Assembly (NCBI GenBank): GCA_964016885.1
Contig: OZ024741.1
Span: forward strand, 139,562,001 to 139,626,000
Source of the DNA: Eledone cirrhosa
Lineage: Eukaryota
DNA length: 64,000 nucleotides
Reading direction: 5' to 3'
The translations under genes were made by a program, and so were the position numbers. The stretch's first letter is position 1. Each line of letters starts with the position of its first letter. The notes beneath the pieces were generated by a model. The model searched no databases, had not been told where the DNA came from, and saw only the letters and a program-made list of their open reading frames with translations. This document shows positions 15,427 to 29,876 of this stretch, one piece after another.

Positions 15427-16621
15427 GTTTATATATATTAAAGGGACATATACGTAGGTACGTAGGCATATATGCCCTTATACTAGAGACGCAGCTGTAT
15501 ATATATATATATATATATATATTGGGGAGGCAGACAATGTGATATATATAAATGGAAAACACAAATAGGATAGCTAGCGTACGCTATCAGTCGATATTCT
15601 CCATGTCTAGATATCAGTTATGTTGTCAGCCTTTCAATTTATCGTTTAGAATTCGATCAGATACTACACTGAGAGTAATGATTTCAGCAGTTATGCAATC
15701 AGATTTTAGAAACGGTTAGCTGTAACGTTATTCATTTTCTATATCTTGTCGACAAATTATATATCTCTTGTAAGAGTATCTTCTGTGTATAACTGCTGCT
15801 TGACTGGTTACTGTTACAGAAGACTAGCTTTCTCTCAGATACTTCCAATAATTCAAAGTTATTCTTTAACACAGGAACATCCTGTAATGATTTACCACAG
15901 AATATCTAAAAATTGGATTGTTAATTAAAATGTATGTAGTACATTTACTGCTGTATATATCACTGAAGATTTACAGTATTAGAAAACAATTTAATTTTCA
16001 GCCTGATGCCGTTTAGTATTTTTCAGGAACCTCTCACTAGTGTGGTTTCTGTTGCTTTGTTTATTCAAATATTTATCTTTTACACTAGATATATTCTTGT
16101 GAAAATGGATAGCATTAAGCTAGTGATTTATTGTTTAACTTGATATATCTATAATCAACCTTAATGCTGTTCAACATGTGTTGGTATTGTGGTCAAATCA
16201 GTGTATGTCATTAAGTTCTGAAGCATTGTTTTAGGTGGGTGATGAACAAAGCCTATTGTTTAAGTTATTAAATTCACAAACGTTGGTTGGTTCCATTCCT
16301 GTAATAGCTGGCATGTTGTATATTTACTCGGAAATTGATGATCTGATTGAGACTCATAGCATTTAACCTCCCTAAAACCCTTTTTAGGATACTGGTGTGA
16401 GGTGTAACAATGATACATATAATTACATATTATACATGTATATATACACAAAACAAATACACTCACACACACACACAAATATATATAAACATATATATAC
16501 ATATATATACATATAGATATATATACATATAGATATATATACAAATATAAATATACAAATATATACATATATATACATAAATATATATGTATGTATATAT
16601 ACATATATATATATACATACA

Positions 16622-16654
<33 letters not shown>

Positions 16655-16811
16655 ATCTACATGTATATATATATATTAGAAAGTGAGGTTTTTTTACAAA
16701 ATGAATAATAGCCGAGGTGTCCTACACGAGTGAAAGTATAAAGAAAAAAATATGAAATCGAAAATGCAACTGGAGTCTTATTTTTAAAAAATATAATATA
16801 TTTATTTGGTT

Positions 16812-16850
16812 CCTTTACCGGTTCCGCAGTTCTTCTGCTTTTCAAAAGTA
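16812..16850 (-). ncRNA. Variant hammerhead motif (U3:A8, G13)
   Basis: CTT-TTGAAAA-gcag aagaa ctgc-GGAA-ccgg-TA-AAG. Confidence 0.5.
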
Positions 16851-16880
16851 GAGTTGAGATGGAGGGTCTTTGATTTTTCT

Positions 16881-16962
<82 letters not shown>

Positions 16963-16965
<3 letters not shown>

Positions 16966-17153
16966 CGAAGGAAATGTGGTAAGGAACCAGGTGGACCATA
17001 ACGCACCAAGGTACTCAATACTTAGGGTAGTAGAGTGGGTAATAGGAACAAGTAAGACCCCGACGGCTGAGCTCAAGCCGTTTCGACGGCTAATTCTGTA
17101 CTAGAATTAGCCGACGAAGCGGCTTGAGCTCAGCCGTCGGGGTCTTACTTGTT

Positions 17154-17158
<5 letters not shown>
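16963..17158 (-). mobile_element. Small fold-back element: ~56-bp-arm hairpin (17042-17158) plus ~78-nt unpaired tail, holding the 3' half of an HHR
   Basis: GAAA-cggct tgagctc agccg-TC-GGGG (stem III + GUC), with the CUGANGA half replaced by the inverted arm. Other copies are at 20812 and 35646. Confidence 0.75.
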
Positions 17159-17236
<78 letters not shown>

Positions 17237-17299
17237 ATATACATATATACATGTATATATGTATATATATATATATATATGTATATTTACATATATATG

Positions 17300-17349
<50 letters not shown>

Positions 17350-18326
17350 TATTTATATATATGTGTGTGTGTATTTGTGTGCGTGTGTGTGTGTGTGTGT
17401 GTTAGGAATAAGGTGCCCGATCATTAAAACAACCGAATACTTCTCATGAGAAAACAAGCATAGAAAGCTAGCTAAATCTGCATAAGTCTGAGCTGTAATG
17501 TTTACATATTTTTCATTTCATATCAAGCTGCTCCGTTATGCATTGTCTATATCTGTACCATATATATATTTCTTGCTAGAGCAGAACATATGTGTATAAC
17601 TGCTGCTTGGCTGATTACTGTTACGGATGACTGGCGTTCTCTTAGATATTTCAAATCTTTTCAAAGTTATTCTTTAAAGCATTATCTGATTAGGTCGGTG
17701 ACAAGTGAAGAAATACTCTAAGTTGGATATCGTTATTCAACTCTAATGAGAATAGAAAATATAGAAGAACAATAAAAAGAAATAACGAGATTATATACTA
17801 GCGATTGCATGGGAATGGGAAAAATATATTTGAAAAAAAAAATTATGAAAATAATGAAGGTAGACATATGACAGATTGCTATGATAGCTTGGCTGTTGTT
17901 GCCAAAGAGGGAAACGATATTGAATCACAGAAGACGTTTCAAAGTTATAACTCTGAATTAGAGATTTTACAGTTAACGTCTGATTCACCTTTACATGTGT
18001 GTACTTGCATACATATGTTTGTGTGTGAGGATGTCTGTGTGTGTGAAATATTTCCAGTATCTAGTGTGAGTAAAAGTAATAGATTGCATAAAGGAACTCC
18101 ATGGAAATACATTGAAATAAAGAAAGAAATAGCATCTGTATATTCAGCTAAAATGAAATGTAGCTTCTATTGACAAAACAAGAACATGGAACCAGCTGAA
18201 TGTGAATCTTAACAAAAGTAATCACTTCTACAGACACACACACACACACACATACACACACACACACATACATACACACATACACACACACATATATATA
18301 TATATACATATGTATGTAATTCTCAC

Positions 18327-18360
<34 letters not shown>

Positions 18361-19733
18361 GTATTATGTGAGTGTGTGTGAGAGTTTGTGTGTGTTTCTA
18401 TGTATTACTGTGCATGATATTGTATAATATCTTATTTAATATTAAACTCACTGAACAATTTCAACTTTAGTGAAGCCTCCATGTCTCGTGGAATGCGTTA
18501 TATTCCCCTCTCTTTTTGCAGCAACGAGATAACTTCAACAAATAGCTGTTAATGCGTGCTCAAATACAATGAACAAGTAAACCTTTCTTTGAGACTACGC
18601 TTGTATACAATTTGAAATAAATGCAATGTATATTTGACACGGACTGAAAGCGTTATTTAAACTTCATAAACTCACTTAAGCCTTTAATGGTAATTCTCTC
18701 GTGAGAAACAAACGTGTTATCTCCTATAAAATATTTGTTGTAGAATATATATTACTATTTGGTATGTAATTTTGTATTAAATTAACCCATTATTTCTACA
18801 ATTATGTAACAAAATAATACGCATGTTTATCAAAATAAAATTCTATTCAGCCTTTTTCTTCGTGTCAAAATGTAGATATAAAATGAAATGTATTTATACT
18901 TGTTGCACTGCGAGTTCCTGGAATGTTTCTCCCTAACTTTACATTTCCTAAGAAGAGGTCTGTGAAATATGAATGAGCATCACTGCTCTAGCTTTGTCAT
19001 TAGCATATCCGATTACATACTTAGTATATGAATTATTCTAGAATGTTGGGGCATACTGATTTATGGATTATGAAAAAGGCCAGCGATTGTTACGCATAGG
19101 GGAAAGCTGGTTACAAATGCAAATTTCACCTCGACTGGATTTGATTTCATGCCGTGAAGAGATTGGAAAATAACACAAAGCATATTATCTGATTCGGCAA
19201 TATTTCGGACAAACTCTTTGCCTTTATGGGTTAAATTAAACAACAATTATTCCATTAACGATGAGATGAATAAATAATTGACAGAGACATCACAGGAAAT
19301 ACTAATAGGGATTATTGAGACTATAACTCTGGCGTAGTTACCCCGATATCTTCTAAAGTGATATCATTCACAATAGGAATAGCAAGAAATATTAAGCTAT
19401 ATATATTATTCTCTGGAATAATGAATTCGTTTAAGTGAAAAATTATTCGAAATAAATATAATTAATTAGAAAATATATATTGTAGTTGAAATATGAGTAG
19501 AATATTAAACAATTCATGATAACGTACATGTTAATAAATCAGACACACACACGCAAACACACACACACACACATATAGAAACACACACACACATATATAT
19601 GTGTATATATATATTCTTTAGTTCCTTTTTGGTTCCTAGGGGATACTGCGCGGTGAGAGCCCTGCATTCCGCACCGTCGAAAGACCTCTGAGGGGTCCGT
19701 TCCCAGGTCGGGCTGTTGACAAACACATACACA

Positions 19734-19820
<87 letters not shown>

Positions 19821-19824
<4 letters not shown>

Positions 19825-20760
19825 TAAAATAACAGATTAGAGTTTAAGCAAAGAATCGCTGCTTTCACCCTTAACGGGATATTCTGAAACTAACAAAGTC
19901 AATCTGTAAACGCAGAAGTGGATATTTAAAAAAACGTTGCAAACGGAGGAAGACAGGAAGACGATACTTTGGTTCGTGGTAACGTTCGCTGGCAAAGAAC
20001 GGGAAAAAACGAATAAGATACGTCATTAATAGGAGCGGTGAAAAACAATTACGCGCAAAGACAGAACCACGTTTATGGTATAAAAGAGGTCGTAGACTAA
20101 TGTTCTCTTAGGTGGTTATTAGAGACGTTCTCTGGCAATGAACGAACAAAACCAAGATAATACGTCATATGTGGATCGTGGAGGACAATAGCACGCAAAG
20201 ACAAAACCACGTAATTGGTATAGCAGAAGTCGTAGACTAAAATTCTAACTAGGAGACCGAATGAATCTCTGCTACAGAGTTAAGAACAAAGTAAATAAAT
20301 ACATACACGCAAACAAATACGTACATACACAAGCATACGCAAAACACTTACCATAGGTATACAAAACCACGCACATATAAATATGTGTGTATGCGTGTAT
20401 ACAAATAAATAAATAATTATATAAACGTATATAAATAAATAAATACGTATATAACAAGCGCACACACATACCTCGCTCCTATTAATGACGTATCTTATTC
20501 GTTTTTTCCCGTTCTTTGCCAGCGAACGTTCCCACGAACCAAAGTATCGTCGTCTTGTCTTCCTCCCGTTGCAACCTTTTTTGAAATATCCACTTCTGCG
20601 TTTACAGATTGACTTTGTTAGTTTCAGAAGATCCCGTTAAGAGTGAAAGCAGCGATTCTTTGCTTAAACTTTAATCTGTTATTTTAATAAATATTTGCTC
20701 TACGCTTCTTATATATTTGATATATATTTATCCTTATCGAGCCCTCTTTGGATTTTAGTC
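19821..20760 (+). mobile_element. Non-coding PLE-like insertion with ~220-bp inverted repeats (19821-20040 and 20470-20690) and a tail
   Basis: The arms are reverse complements and each has an HHR-like motif. There is an internal ~105-bp direct duplication and TA flanks. Confidence 0.75.
20620..20670 (+). ncRNA. Variant hammerhead motif with CAGAAGA core (also 19841-19891 on minus and 23647-23697 on plus)
   Basis: AGTTT-CAGAAGA-tccc gttaa gagt-GAAA-gca gcgattctt tgc-TT-AAACT. Confidence 0.6.
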
Positions 20761-20811
20761 TTCGAATTTATTATTATTACTATATATACATACATATATA
20801 TATATATATAT

Positions 20812-21002
20812 ATAGGAACAAGTAGGACCCCGACGGCTGAGTTAAGTCGTTTCGACGTCTAATTCTGGACTCAATTAGCCGTCGAAACGGCTTGAGCTCA
20901 GCCGTCGGGGTCCTACTCGTTCCTATTACCCACTCTACTACCCTAAGTATTGAGTACGTTGGTGCGTGATGGTCCATCTGGTTCCTTACCACATTTCTTT
21001 CG

Positions 21003-21004
<2 letters not shown>
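20812..21004 (+). mobile_element. Second copy of the small fold-back half-HHR element
   Basis: Hairpin 20812-20926, then the tail TACCCACTCTACTACCCTAAGTATTGAG... Confidence 0.75.
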
Positions 21005-21082
<78 letters not shown>

Positions 21083-21097
21083 GTATATATATATTAT

Positions 21098-21516
21098 ATA
21101 TTTCGTTTCTGAATTTGTTTAGTAAGATTCTTTATCTGAAATCGTGTGTTGAAACCGATATTGTTATACTTTGGGAGGGTCATGTTGCCAATAAGAAACA
21201 CACGCATCAGTTGCTTTCACTTCAATTTATTATATATTTATAAATTTACAAATTTACAAATTTACAAACTTATAAATTTCTGGTTGGTTGGTTGGTTCCA
21301 CAACCAGATAGTTGTTTATATATAGTAATAGTCCTTTCGTCACACACTCTGTGACCTCTTCAGTGACTGGGGATTCCTTTCTTTGTTTCTGTGTCTTTCC
21401 TTTCTTCTATCCTACGCCATTTTGTTTCTGTGTGTGTGTTGTGTGCTCAGTTTGCGCATGCGCCACATCCGGGTGTCTGTGTGTGTTTGTGTTCATTTAT
21501 CTATTTGTTTATTTAT
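21098..21516 (-). mobile_element. Solo pLTR + tail of the 8026-10204 PLE family, with HHR at 21324-21368
   Basis: Near-identical to the reverse complement of ~9785-10204. Confidence 0.88.
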
Positions 21517-22083
21517 ATTATATACATATATATATATAAGCACCGGCCTGATGAGCTGACGGGCTTGAGATAGACTTTAGACTAGACTATATATATTCAT
21601 AGGGTCTGTTGTTTAACCAGGGATCAGCCCTGCGGAAGCAGACCTCGAACGAAAAACGGCCTACACCTGATTAACCCAATAAGCTATCATTTTGTGTATT
21701 GAAGATGACACTGTGAACGGTATCCTTCAGAAGGATGTTTTAGGGTGATTTAGCTGCTATTTCTAGCACATCTCAACAGGGAACGTCCCTATGCAATCGC
21801 TCAATAAACTAAAAATGGCAGACAAATCTTCCTAGAAAATAAACACGCAAATGTCTTTAAAATACATAAAAAACTTTACTCATGGAACTTACCTTGGATG
21901 TATTCCATCATAATAGCACATTCAACTTTCTAGCATCTTGTATAGTCAAAGACGATACTAACCCCGTTAAGGGGCTGTTGCCAGGAGCAATAGAAAATCA
22001 TAAATTTTGGAAAAGACTTTGTCAGGAATATTCGTCTGTGGTCAGAATAATGATGATGATGTTTCGTCTAAAGTTTATCCAAA

Positions 22084-22200
22084 ATCTCTGAAGAAGTGAC
22101 AACTGATTATACATTTGCTATCGAATACTTGCTAACATTGTATGATTGCGCAGGCAGCGATGCATGGGTGTTCGGTCTGTTGCAGAAGCATGTGTCAGTG
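22084..22200 (+). ncRNA. Hammerhead motif with ~90-nt stem II domain (decayed copy)
   Basis: CT-CTGAAGA-agtgaca...tgttgca-GAAG-catgtg-TC-AG. It is homologous to 29758-29876. Confidence 0.5.
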
Positions 22201-22472
22201 CCTGATAGGTTCCTTTTTTAGCAGGGGCACTTTCATTTTGTATTCATCCTTTCTACATTTCTCCGGAATATAATTTATACTCGTTGAGCAAACCTGCACG
22301 TAAGCTGTTCATCTCTAACGTAACGATATATTATCACTACATTATTGATAACCTGAAATTTTATATATATATATATATATATTTATATTATATACATGTT
22401 TATGCTTTTAACTTTGTACTCCGGAGAACAAAAAATCTACGTCCGTATATAATATTTATATAATATTTATAT

Positions 22473-22551
<79 letters not shown>

Positions 22552-22566
22552 GTATTTATATATATG

Positions 22567-22673
<107 letters not shown>

Positions 22674-22696
22674 TTATATATATGTATTTATATATC

Positions 22697-22734
<38 letters not shown>

Positions 22735-22738
22735 AATG

Positions 22739-22778
<40 letters not shown>

Positions 22779-22792
22779 AATGTATATAAAAC

Positions 22793-22871
<79 letters not shown>

Positions 22872-22932
22872 GATTCAGAGAGAGAAAGAGAGATAGAATG
22901 AGAGAGAGAGACATAGAGTGAGAGAGAGAAAT

Positions 22933-23035
22933 GTCTTCTACAGACTAGAAACTTTTCATTCGAAGGAAATCATGAGGAAGGATATTCCCTGAAGATTTCC
23001 TTGGAATGAAACAGGTGAAGTCCTGTAGAAGGTAT
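22933..23035 (+). ncRNA. Hammerhead motif (22982-23035) preceded by a decayed inverted partial copy (22933-22971)
   Basis: CTGAAGA-tttcc tt ggaat-GAAA-cagg tgaagt cctg-TA-GAAGG. Stem I is imperfect. Confidence 0.65.
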
Positions 23036-23124
23036 TTTTATATTAAATGTTGTTTACACTATTCTAATGTATTGAGTACTTTACTTAATTGGGTTACCAC
23101 CGATTGAATCACACACACACACTC

Positions 23125-23195
<71 letters not shown>

Positions 23196-23288
23196 TGTGT
23201 GTGTGATTATATATGTGCGTATAAATCAATCTCTACGTGTGTTTATTCATGTTTGACACAACCATATATTTATTTTTCTACATGTGTT

Positions 23289-23881
23289 CTATCTATATAT
23301 CTAAAACTGTCTGTCTCACTCCCTAAAACTCGAGAACCACCCAACCGAGTATTTCCAAACTTTTCACATGTTATACTTATGGTCTTGTGAGTGTTTTGAG
23401 CAAAACATATTCCAAATTCTCAATGCCCTTGAGACCGCATTGGGCGATTTAGCGATACCTCTCTCTCTATTAGTGTGTGTTTTTAGATAGATACATAGAT
23501 ATAACGTTGTGCCCTTATAATATATGTCTGTATGTCTGTCTGTCTGCATTACGACATTATAATGCTCTGTGTGTGTATATATATCTATATATAGTGTGTA
23601 ACTTTTTTCGAAATATTTACTTATGCGTTCACAGATTGATTTTTTTAGTTTCAGAAGATTCCGTTAAGAATGAAAGCAGCGACCCTTTACTTAAGCTTTA
23701 ATCTGTTATTTTCATATATATATATATATAATTATATATTCGTGTACAGATGTTTTTGCATATACAATAACAAACTATAAAAAAACGTATTTATTTCACG
23801 AGGCTCGATAAGGATAAATATATATGAAATATATAAGAACCCTAGAGCAATCCCGAGCTATGTCGGGTGATTCTGCTAGTT
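23289..23881 (+). mobile_element. Non-autonomous Helitron-like element interrupted by pLTR fragments (~23590-23850)
   Basis: 5' TCTAT... start and a 3' hairpin CCCGAgctatgTCGGG followed by CTAGT. Homologous to 3155-3240. Confidence 0.55.
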
Positions 23882-25939
23882 AATATATAAATATAGTTAG
23901 CCGTGATTGTTGTAGACGGACGTAGATTTTTTGCTCTCCGGAGTACAAAGTTAAAAGCATAAACATTATATATCTAATAGATAACTCTACAAAAATCAAT
24001 ATTTTATGCATTATCAACTGTTGTACTTGTGAAATATTGATTGTAGATAATGAAGACCATTATAATTCTCACCAGTCAAAGTTCGCCTCGATTACGCTGT
24101 TATGTCTTTCATAAAGCCATAAACGTCCCATATAGCGTAACAAATATATAATATATTGACTACAAATGAACATTGCTATATTATAGTATATAATCATGGA
24201 AAGAAGTCATGGCGATGGAAAGAAGACAAGTAGAACAAAATTGTTTTCAGATCCTTCATTATAATATCATTGATTTATACATCCAGCTGTGGTAGAGAAT
24301 GTGATTAAAAGAGAGTTGTATACTGATATTTAGCGTGAACGATGTTTTCAAAGAGAACATATCATCACATAGGAAGAGATTCTGCTATACTCACAGTTGT
24401 GTGATATCCAGGCTATTGATTAAGACACTTTGGAATAGACCTCCATCGTGTTCGACGATGAGCATTACCAATTATTTGATGAAAGTTACAGCCTCCTAAT
24501 GAAATTATCGTGCACGTGTAACTTTAATGTACGTTTCAGGGAGACTCAGTGTAAAACAGCGTGTAACAAGGTTAGCCATTTGATTTATACGTGCACTCCA
24601 TCGGGTAGTGTTTCCAACAATTTTCCTTTATGCAATTTCCCACATAGATCTTGCGTTGACCACAGTGTATAGTAAAGTACACTTGCGATGCAACTTAGGT
24701 TGTAATGTGTGCGAAGCCACCATCTTAACATTTACACACATCAGCAGCCGCTGCTCCCATATGGCTATGAATGAAACAAAGAATATATTTGTTTTATAAA
24801 AGAAACGGTCATGAAACAACAAGTACCGCGAAACCATCAAATTATTCGTTTAAAATGACATCAAAATATGCGTTTGTACTTGAACTGTTGTTACATAGTT
24901 ACTATTGAAATATCGGTCTGAAGACCTGTCACAAACACCTAAGTGTGTGAAGCGATGATGTCAAATATCTACATTCTAAGTCAAATATTGATTTTTGTTA
25001 TATAATATATAATCAGTGAAGGAATTTCAAATGAAACGAATAATGGGATTTGATTTTCGAGGTGTGTTTTTACCAGTCACATTTGTGGTATGAGATATTT
25101 GTTTTATGTCTGTCATAAGTGACGTATTCGTCAAGCAACGACACGAATCGATAATCTGAATAAAATTTAGGGCATTATATTACATTGAATGTAATGCGTA
25201 TCACACTTAGATATTCTTTTGTGTAAAGTTGAAACAACTGTTAAGTTGTATTTGAGATTAATCATTATCTTATTTGATATATAATCGATTCCGTTCGTAG
25301 TTGATGCATCTCTCCTCATTTGCCTGTCTTTAAGGGCATTTCACCCGATTATATAAACTGAAGTTTATGGAAATAAGTTATTGTTATAATTTTCTGCGTT
25401 TGGGACGGTGACATTTCCAAATTTCTACTTCATCCAGTGCCCCGTAATTCATAATGGTTTAGAATCGTATATAATATTTGTCTTATTTTTACCACAGATC
25501 TATATCGATCACATATACCGCAATAATACATTCTAATTAACTACATTCAGTTTATTGTTAATTTTTTCAGCTCGTTGGTTCTCACAGCGTATATTGTGTT
25601 TTAAGGAATTGTCAAATAATTCTTGACAATAATATAACATGTAAGAGCCAACGATAGATATCCTCATAGGAACATCTAATGTGCTGCTAGAAATAACAAA
25701 AATCCATTAATCATAACCTATTCTATTATTAATAGCAGGATGTCTTATTTATTTTACTACCTCAATAAAACGACGAAAGCCTCTAACGGCTGGGCTGTCT
25801 TTAATCATGTATCCCTAGCAACAAGTAAAACAACAAGAGTAATAGCAACAAATTAACAAATTTGTCGTCAACAAAAATGTCGAAAATATGAAATTCTAAA
25901 ATCACATTGCTCTTAATTAATAATTGTTTCGTATATAGG

Positions 25940-26095
25940 GACAATACCATCAATTTTGGGGGAAGAGAAAATCGATTAAATCGACCCCAGTACATGACTG
26001 GTACTTTATTTTATCGGAATTTAAACTCAGAACGTAAAGGGCCGTAGCTCTATATCACAAATCATATTGTCCGACACTCTACCAATACTCTCCAA
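25940..26095 (-). mobile_element. tRNA-derived SINE (same superfamily as 5418), reverse orientation
   Basis: ACTGGTACTTTATTTTATCG...TTTAAACTCAGAACGTAAAGG. Confidence 0.7.
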
Positions 26096-26287
26096 TCTAC
26101 CCACCCTATTGTTTTCAATTGATAATAAAATGAAAGACTTGCGTTCAGTATAAATTGTTTAGAAACCAATGAACTATCCAATGAATCAGCTATTAAATAT
26201 TCGCTGAATTTCTTCAATATTTCAAATTAGAGTTGATTTCCTCACCAATGATTATGATTAAATTTAAGTATATATATATTTACACAG

Positions 26288-26404
<117 letters not shown>

Positions 26405-26469
26405 AGACTGATTAACCCGGCTAAATCCGAAGTTGGCCTTGCAAGTAAAAAAATCTTAAGAAAAATAAT

Positions 26470-27970
26470 AATGACAGTGCGGATGTGTGTGACTTATTCC
26501 TTCTCCACACCCTCAAAGAGAAATTTCCTTCCCATAATATCGGTTTATACCGTGATGACGGCAGTTTCTCATACCACCAACGGCCATAACCTTGATAAAT
26601 TCCGTAAAAATGTAATCAATACTTTTGCTAAGCTTAACCTTAAAATCACTATAGATACGAACCTTACCAATGCTAACTTTCTTGATATTAATCTTGATCT
26701 ACTTAACACCTCTTTTAAACCCTATAATAAACCTAATGAAAATCTTAGGTATATACACAAAGAGTCTTGCCATCCCCCTATAGTTTTTAATAATCTTATC
26801 CCTAACATTAGCCGTAGGATTTCTACCTTATCTTCGTCTATGGACATTTTAAATAAAGCCGCCCCTTATTATAATAAAGCCCTTAAGAACAGCGATTTTA
26901 CAGAAAAATGTTTTTATTTACCTACCCCCCACCCCCCTAAAACTAACCACAATAACAGGAAAAGGAAAATTATTTGGTTCACACCACCTTCTCTCTAACT
27001 GTCAAAACTAATGTAGGAAGGAAATTCCTTGAACTCTTAGACAAACATTTTCCTCCTAATCATAGATATTATAAGATATTTAATAGGAACGTAGTTAAGA
27101 TCAGTTACTCTTGTTGCCCATCTATGAAGTCCAAGATCACTAGTTCAAATCATACGAGAACAAATCCAGGATGCAGTTGCAGGAAGCCGGATGAATGCCC
27201 ATTGCAGGGTAAATGTAACACCAAATCTGTTGTTTATGAGGCTAAAATAACATCGGTAATCAACAACCAGCCAGCCAGGAGTGAGCGATATGTCGGTATG
27301 ACCCAGAACAGGTTTAAAACCAGATTTTACTCACATGTCGCTTCTTTTAAGCACTCCGATAAACGAACATCAACGGCCCTCGCAAGTAATGTGTGGGAAT
27401 TAAAGGATAGTAACATCCCGTACTCTATCGATTGGTCTATCTTAGACCATTAGAGGGAGTACCAAAGGGACACAAAGAATTGTTCTTTGCGTACCACAGA
27501 AAAATATAGGATTTTGCTAAACTTGAGAGCCACTTCTTCTTGCCTAAACTCAAAGACTGAGATCTTCAGATGTTGTCCTCATCTGAAATCACATCTGATC
27601 TGTAACTAGATTGACACTCCTATGATAAATCAACAGCCTTGAACTCCTTCTCTGCTCTTTACTTCTGCTACGGTTTTTTTTAATTTGCTGTATCCACGTT
27701 CTGTACTCTTGTATTCTTTTTCTCCCTTATCTCCCCTTATATTTCACCTTTTCCTATGCCCCCCCCCCCATATATTCTTTTTGCCTTACCCTTCACATAC
27801 CAAAATATATGTGTATGTATGTGTATATATATATATGTGTGTGTATATATGTATATGTAGATAGACCTGGTTTTTTTTCATTCTGGTGATTGAAGGCACA
27901 TTTTTTTTGCTTTTAAGAAACCACTGGTGAATGGAATAATGGCCTTATCTTGTTTATTACATTACTACTA
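26470..27970 (+). mobile_element. 5'-truncated Penelope-like element, Naiad-type (RT C-half + GIY-YIG, frameshifted), with a terminal HHR-bearing repeat
   Basis: [15 protein letters not shown] (26541-26561), [45 protein letters not shown] (CxCx5C), VVYEA, YVGMTQNRFKTRFYSH and LNSKTE. In-frame TAG at 27451. Decayed HHR at 27875-27937. Confidence 0.88.
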
Positions 27971-28187
27971 TATATATGTATCTATAAGGTTCATATGAAT
28001 TATCTAAGATTGAGTTTTACACACACACATATATATATACGTATATATATATATGTATGTGTGTGTGTGTTTATATTTCGTTGTGCGTGTTTGTGATATG
28101 TACGTATTTGTATGTGTATAATTGTATAGCTATGTAAGTATGTGCGTGTGTGTATGTATGTATATATATATATATGTATATATATAT

Positions 28188-28239
<52 letters not shown>

Positions 28240-28477
28240 ATGTGTGTGTGTATATATGTATATGTGTATGTGTATGTGTATGTGTGTTTGTGTATGTATT
28301 TGTGTATGTATGTGTTTATGTATTTGTATATGTATATTTATGTGTGAGCGTGTGTGTATGTATTTACTTTTTCGTACGTATGTGCACGTGCATTTGTGTG
28401 TATTGCTTACCGCGCGTGTCTGTTCATCTACTCGTCGCTTGTATCGCTGTCAACTGTTTATTATTTTATTTTTTATA

Positions 28478-28670
28478 GGGCGGCGGATTGGCAGTATCGG
28501 TAGAGGGTTGGACGCCATGCTTTCTAGCATAGTTACGTCCCTTTATGATCTGAGTTCAAATCCCACCGAGGTTAATTTTGCCTTTCATACTTACGGGGTC
28601 GATAAAATAAAGTACCAGTAATGCACTGGGATAATTGCTGGCCTTGTGCCTAAAGTAGAAACAATTATTT
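28478..28670 (+). mobile_element. tRNA-derived SINE (same family as 5418), full length
   Basis: GGGCGGCGGATTGGCAGTATCGGTAG...GAGTTCAAATCCC...TAGAAACAATT. Confidence 0.88.
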
Positions 28671-28949
28671 TATTTTTTATATATATGTTTTCTTATATTT
28701 ATTTGCGTGTGTGAATATGTAGAGGTGTGTATATTTTTCTAATTTTGTACATGCATATGTACGCATTTATGTATGTGTATGTATGTACGTGTCTATATAG
28801 GTATGATTGTGTGCATGTATGTATGTATGTATATGTATGTGTGTATGGCTATGTATGTGTATGTGCATGCATGTATATATATATACATATATATATATAT
28901 ATTTATATACACATATATATGTATACATCTGTGTGTGTATGTATGAGTG

Positions 28950-29018
<69 letters not shown>

Positions 29019-29163
29019 ATGTATGCTTTTGTGTGTGTGTTTGTGTGTGTGTTTACATGTGTGGTTTTATTTTATTTTTCCTTTCCTTCTTCTTTCTCCA
29101 GCCTCACTTTCATATAAATTGCATTTTTGTTTTTAAAATCCAAATACAATAAACAGACCAGGA

Positions 29164-29230
29164 TTTTTTCATTCTGAGGATAGAAAGCAACATTTCTTGC
29201 TTTTAAGAAACCACTGGTAAATGGAAAAAT
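29164..29230 (+). ncRNA. Type-I hammerhead ribozyme, intact core (second copy of the Naiad-associated repeat)
   Basis: TTTTTCATT-CTGAGGA-tagaaagcaa catttc ttgcttttaa-GAAA-ccactgg-TA-AATGGAAAA. Confidence 0.8.
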
Positions 29231-29251
29231 TGCCTTATGTTGTTTATTACA

Positions 29252-29321
<70 letters not shown>

Positions 29322-29354
29322 AAAGAATAGAGCTGTAACACACAAGTTATTATA

Positions 29355-29671
29355 TATTGGTAAACGGAATAGAAAATGCTAACAAATTGTTCACAGTTGA
29401 AAAATGGTTTAATTAGGAATAAAAGAGTATTAGTGATTGTTGTGGTTTTAAGTTTTTTAAGTTTTTACCAAATCTGAGATCAGAGCAAACAGCACGGACA
29501 CTCTATCTCAAAATTATTTTTGAAAAGCATTTAGAAATGCGCAACCGGTAAAAACTTAAAAACTTAAAACCACAACTGAATACTAACCCATACAATCACT
29601 AATACTCTTTTATTCCTAATTAAACCATTTTTCAACTGTGAACAATTTGTCAGCATTTTCTATTCCGTTTA

Positions 29672-29680
<9 letters not shown>
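29355..29680 (+). mobile_element. Fold-back pLTR-like insertion (arms ~29355-29468 and ~29547-29680) with a variant HHR at 29516-29555
   Basis: ATATTGGTAAACGGAATAG... / ...CTATTCCGTTTACCAATAT. The motif reads TTT-TTGAAAA-gcatt taga aatgc-GCAA-ccgg-TA-AAA. Confidence 0.7.
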
Positions 29681-29708
<28 letters not shown>

Positions 29709-29757
29709 AGGATGAATATAAAATGAAAGTGCTTTTTTTAAAAAAGGAATTTATTAG

Positions 29758-29876
29758 GTATTGACATATGTTTCTGTAACAGACGGAATATCTATGTATC
29801 GCTGCTTGCGTAATCATATAATGTTAGCAAGTATTCGATAGCAAATGTATAATCAGTTGTCAGTTCTTCAGAGATT
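29758..29876 (-). ncRNA. Hammerhead motif with long stem II, intact core
   Basis: CTGAAGA-actgaca...tgttaca-GAAA-catatg-TC, with palindromic stem III ACATATGT. Stem I is weak. Confidence 0.6.

Noticed and set aside
21545-21590. CTGATGA next to a TA tract
   Set aside because: No downstream GAAA, stem III or stem I partner.
24400-24850. Faint resemblance to Helitron helicase (TPSG)
   Set aside because: Too few residues match to support the call.
27100-27700. Selenoprotein recoding, as reported for some Naiad elements
   Set aside because: The visible Cys positions use TGC/TGT, the internal stop is TAG, and I see no convincing SECIS.
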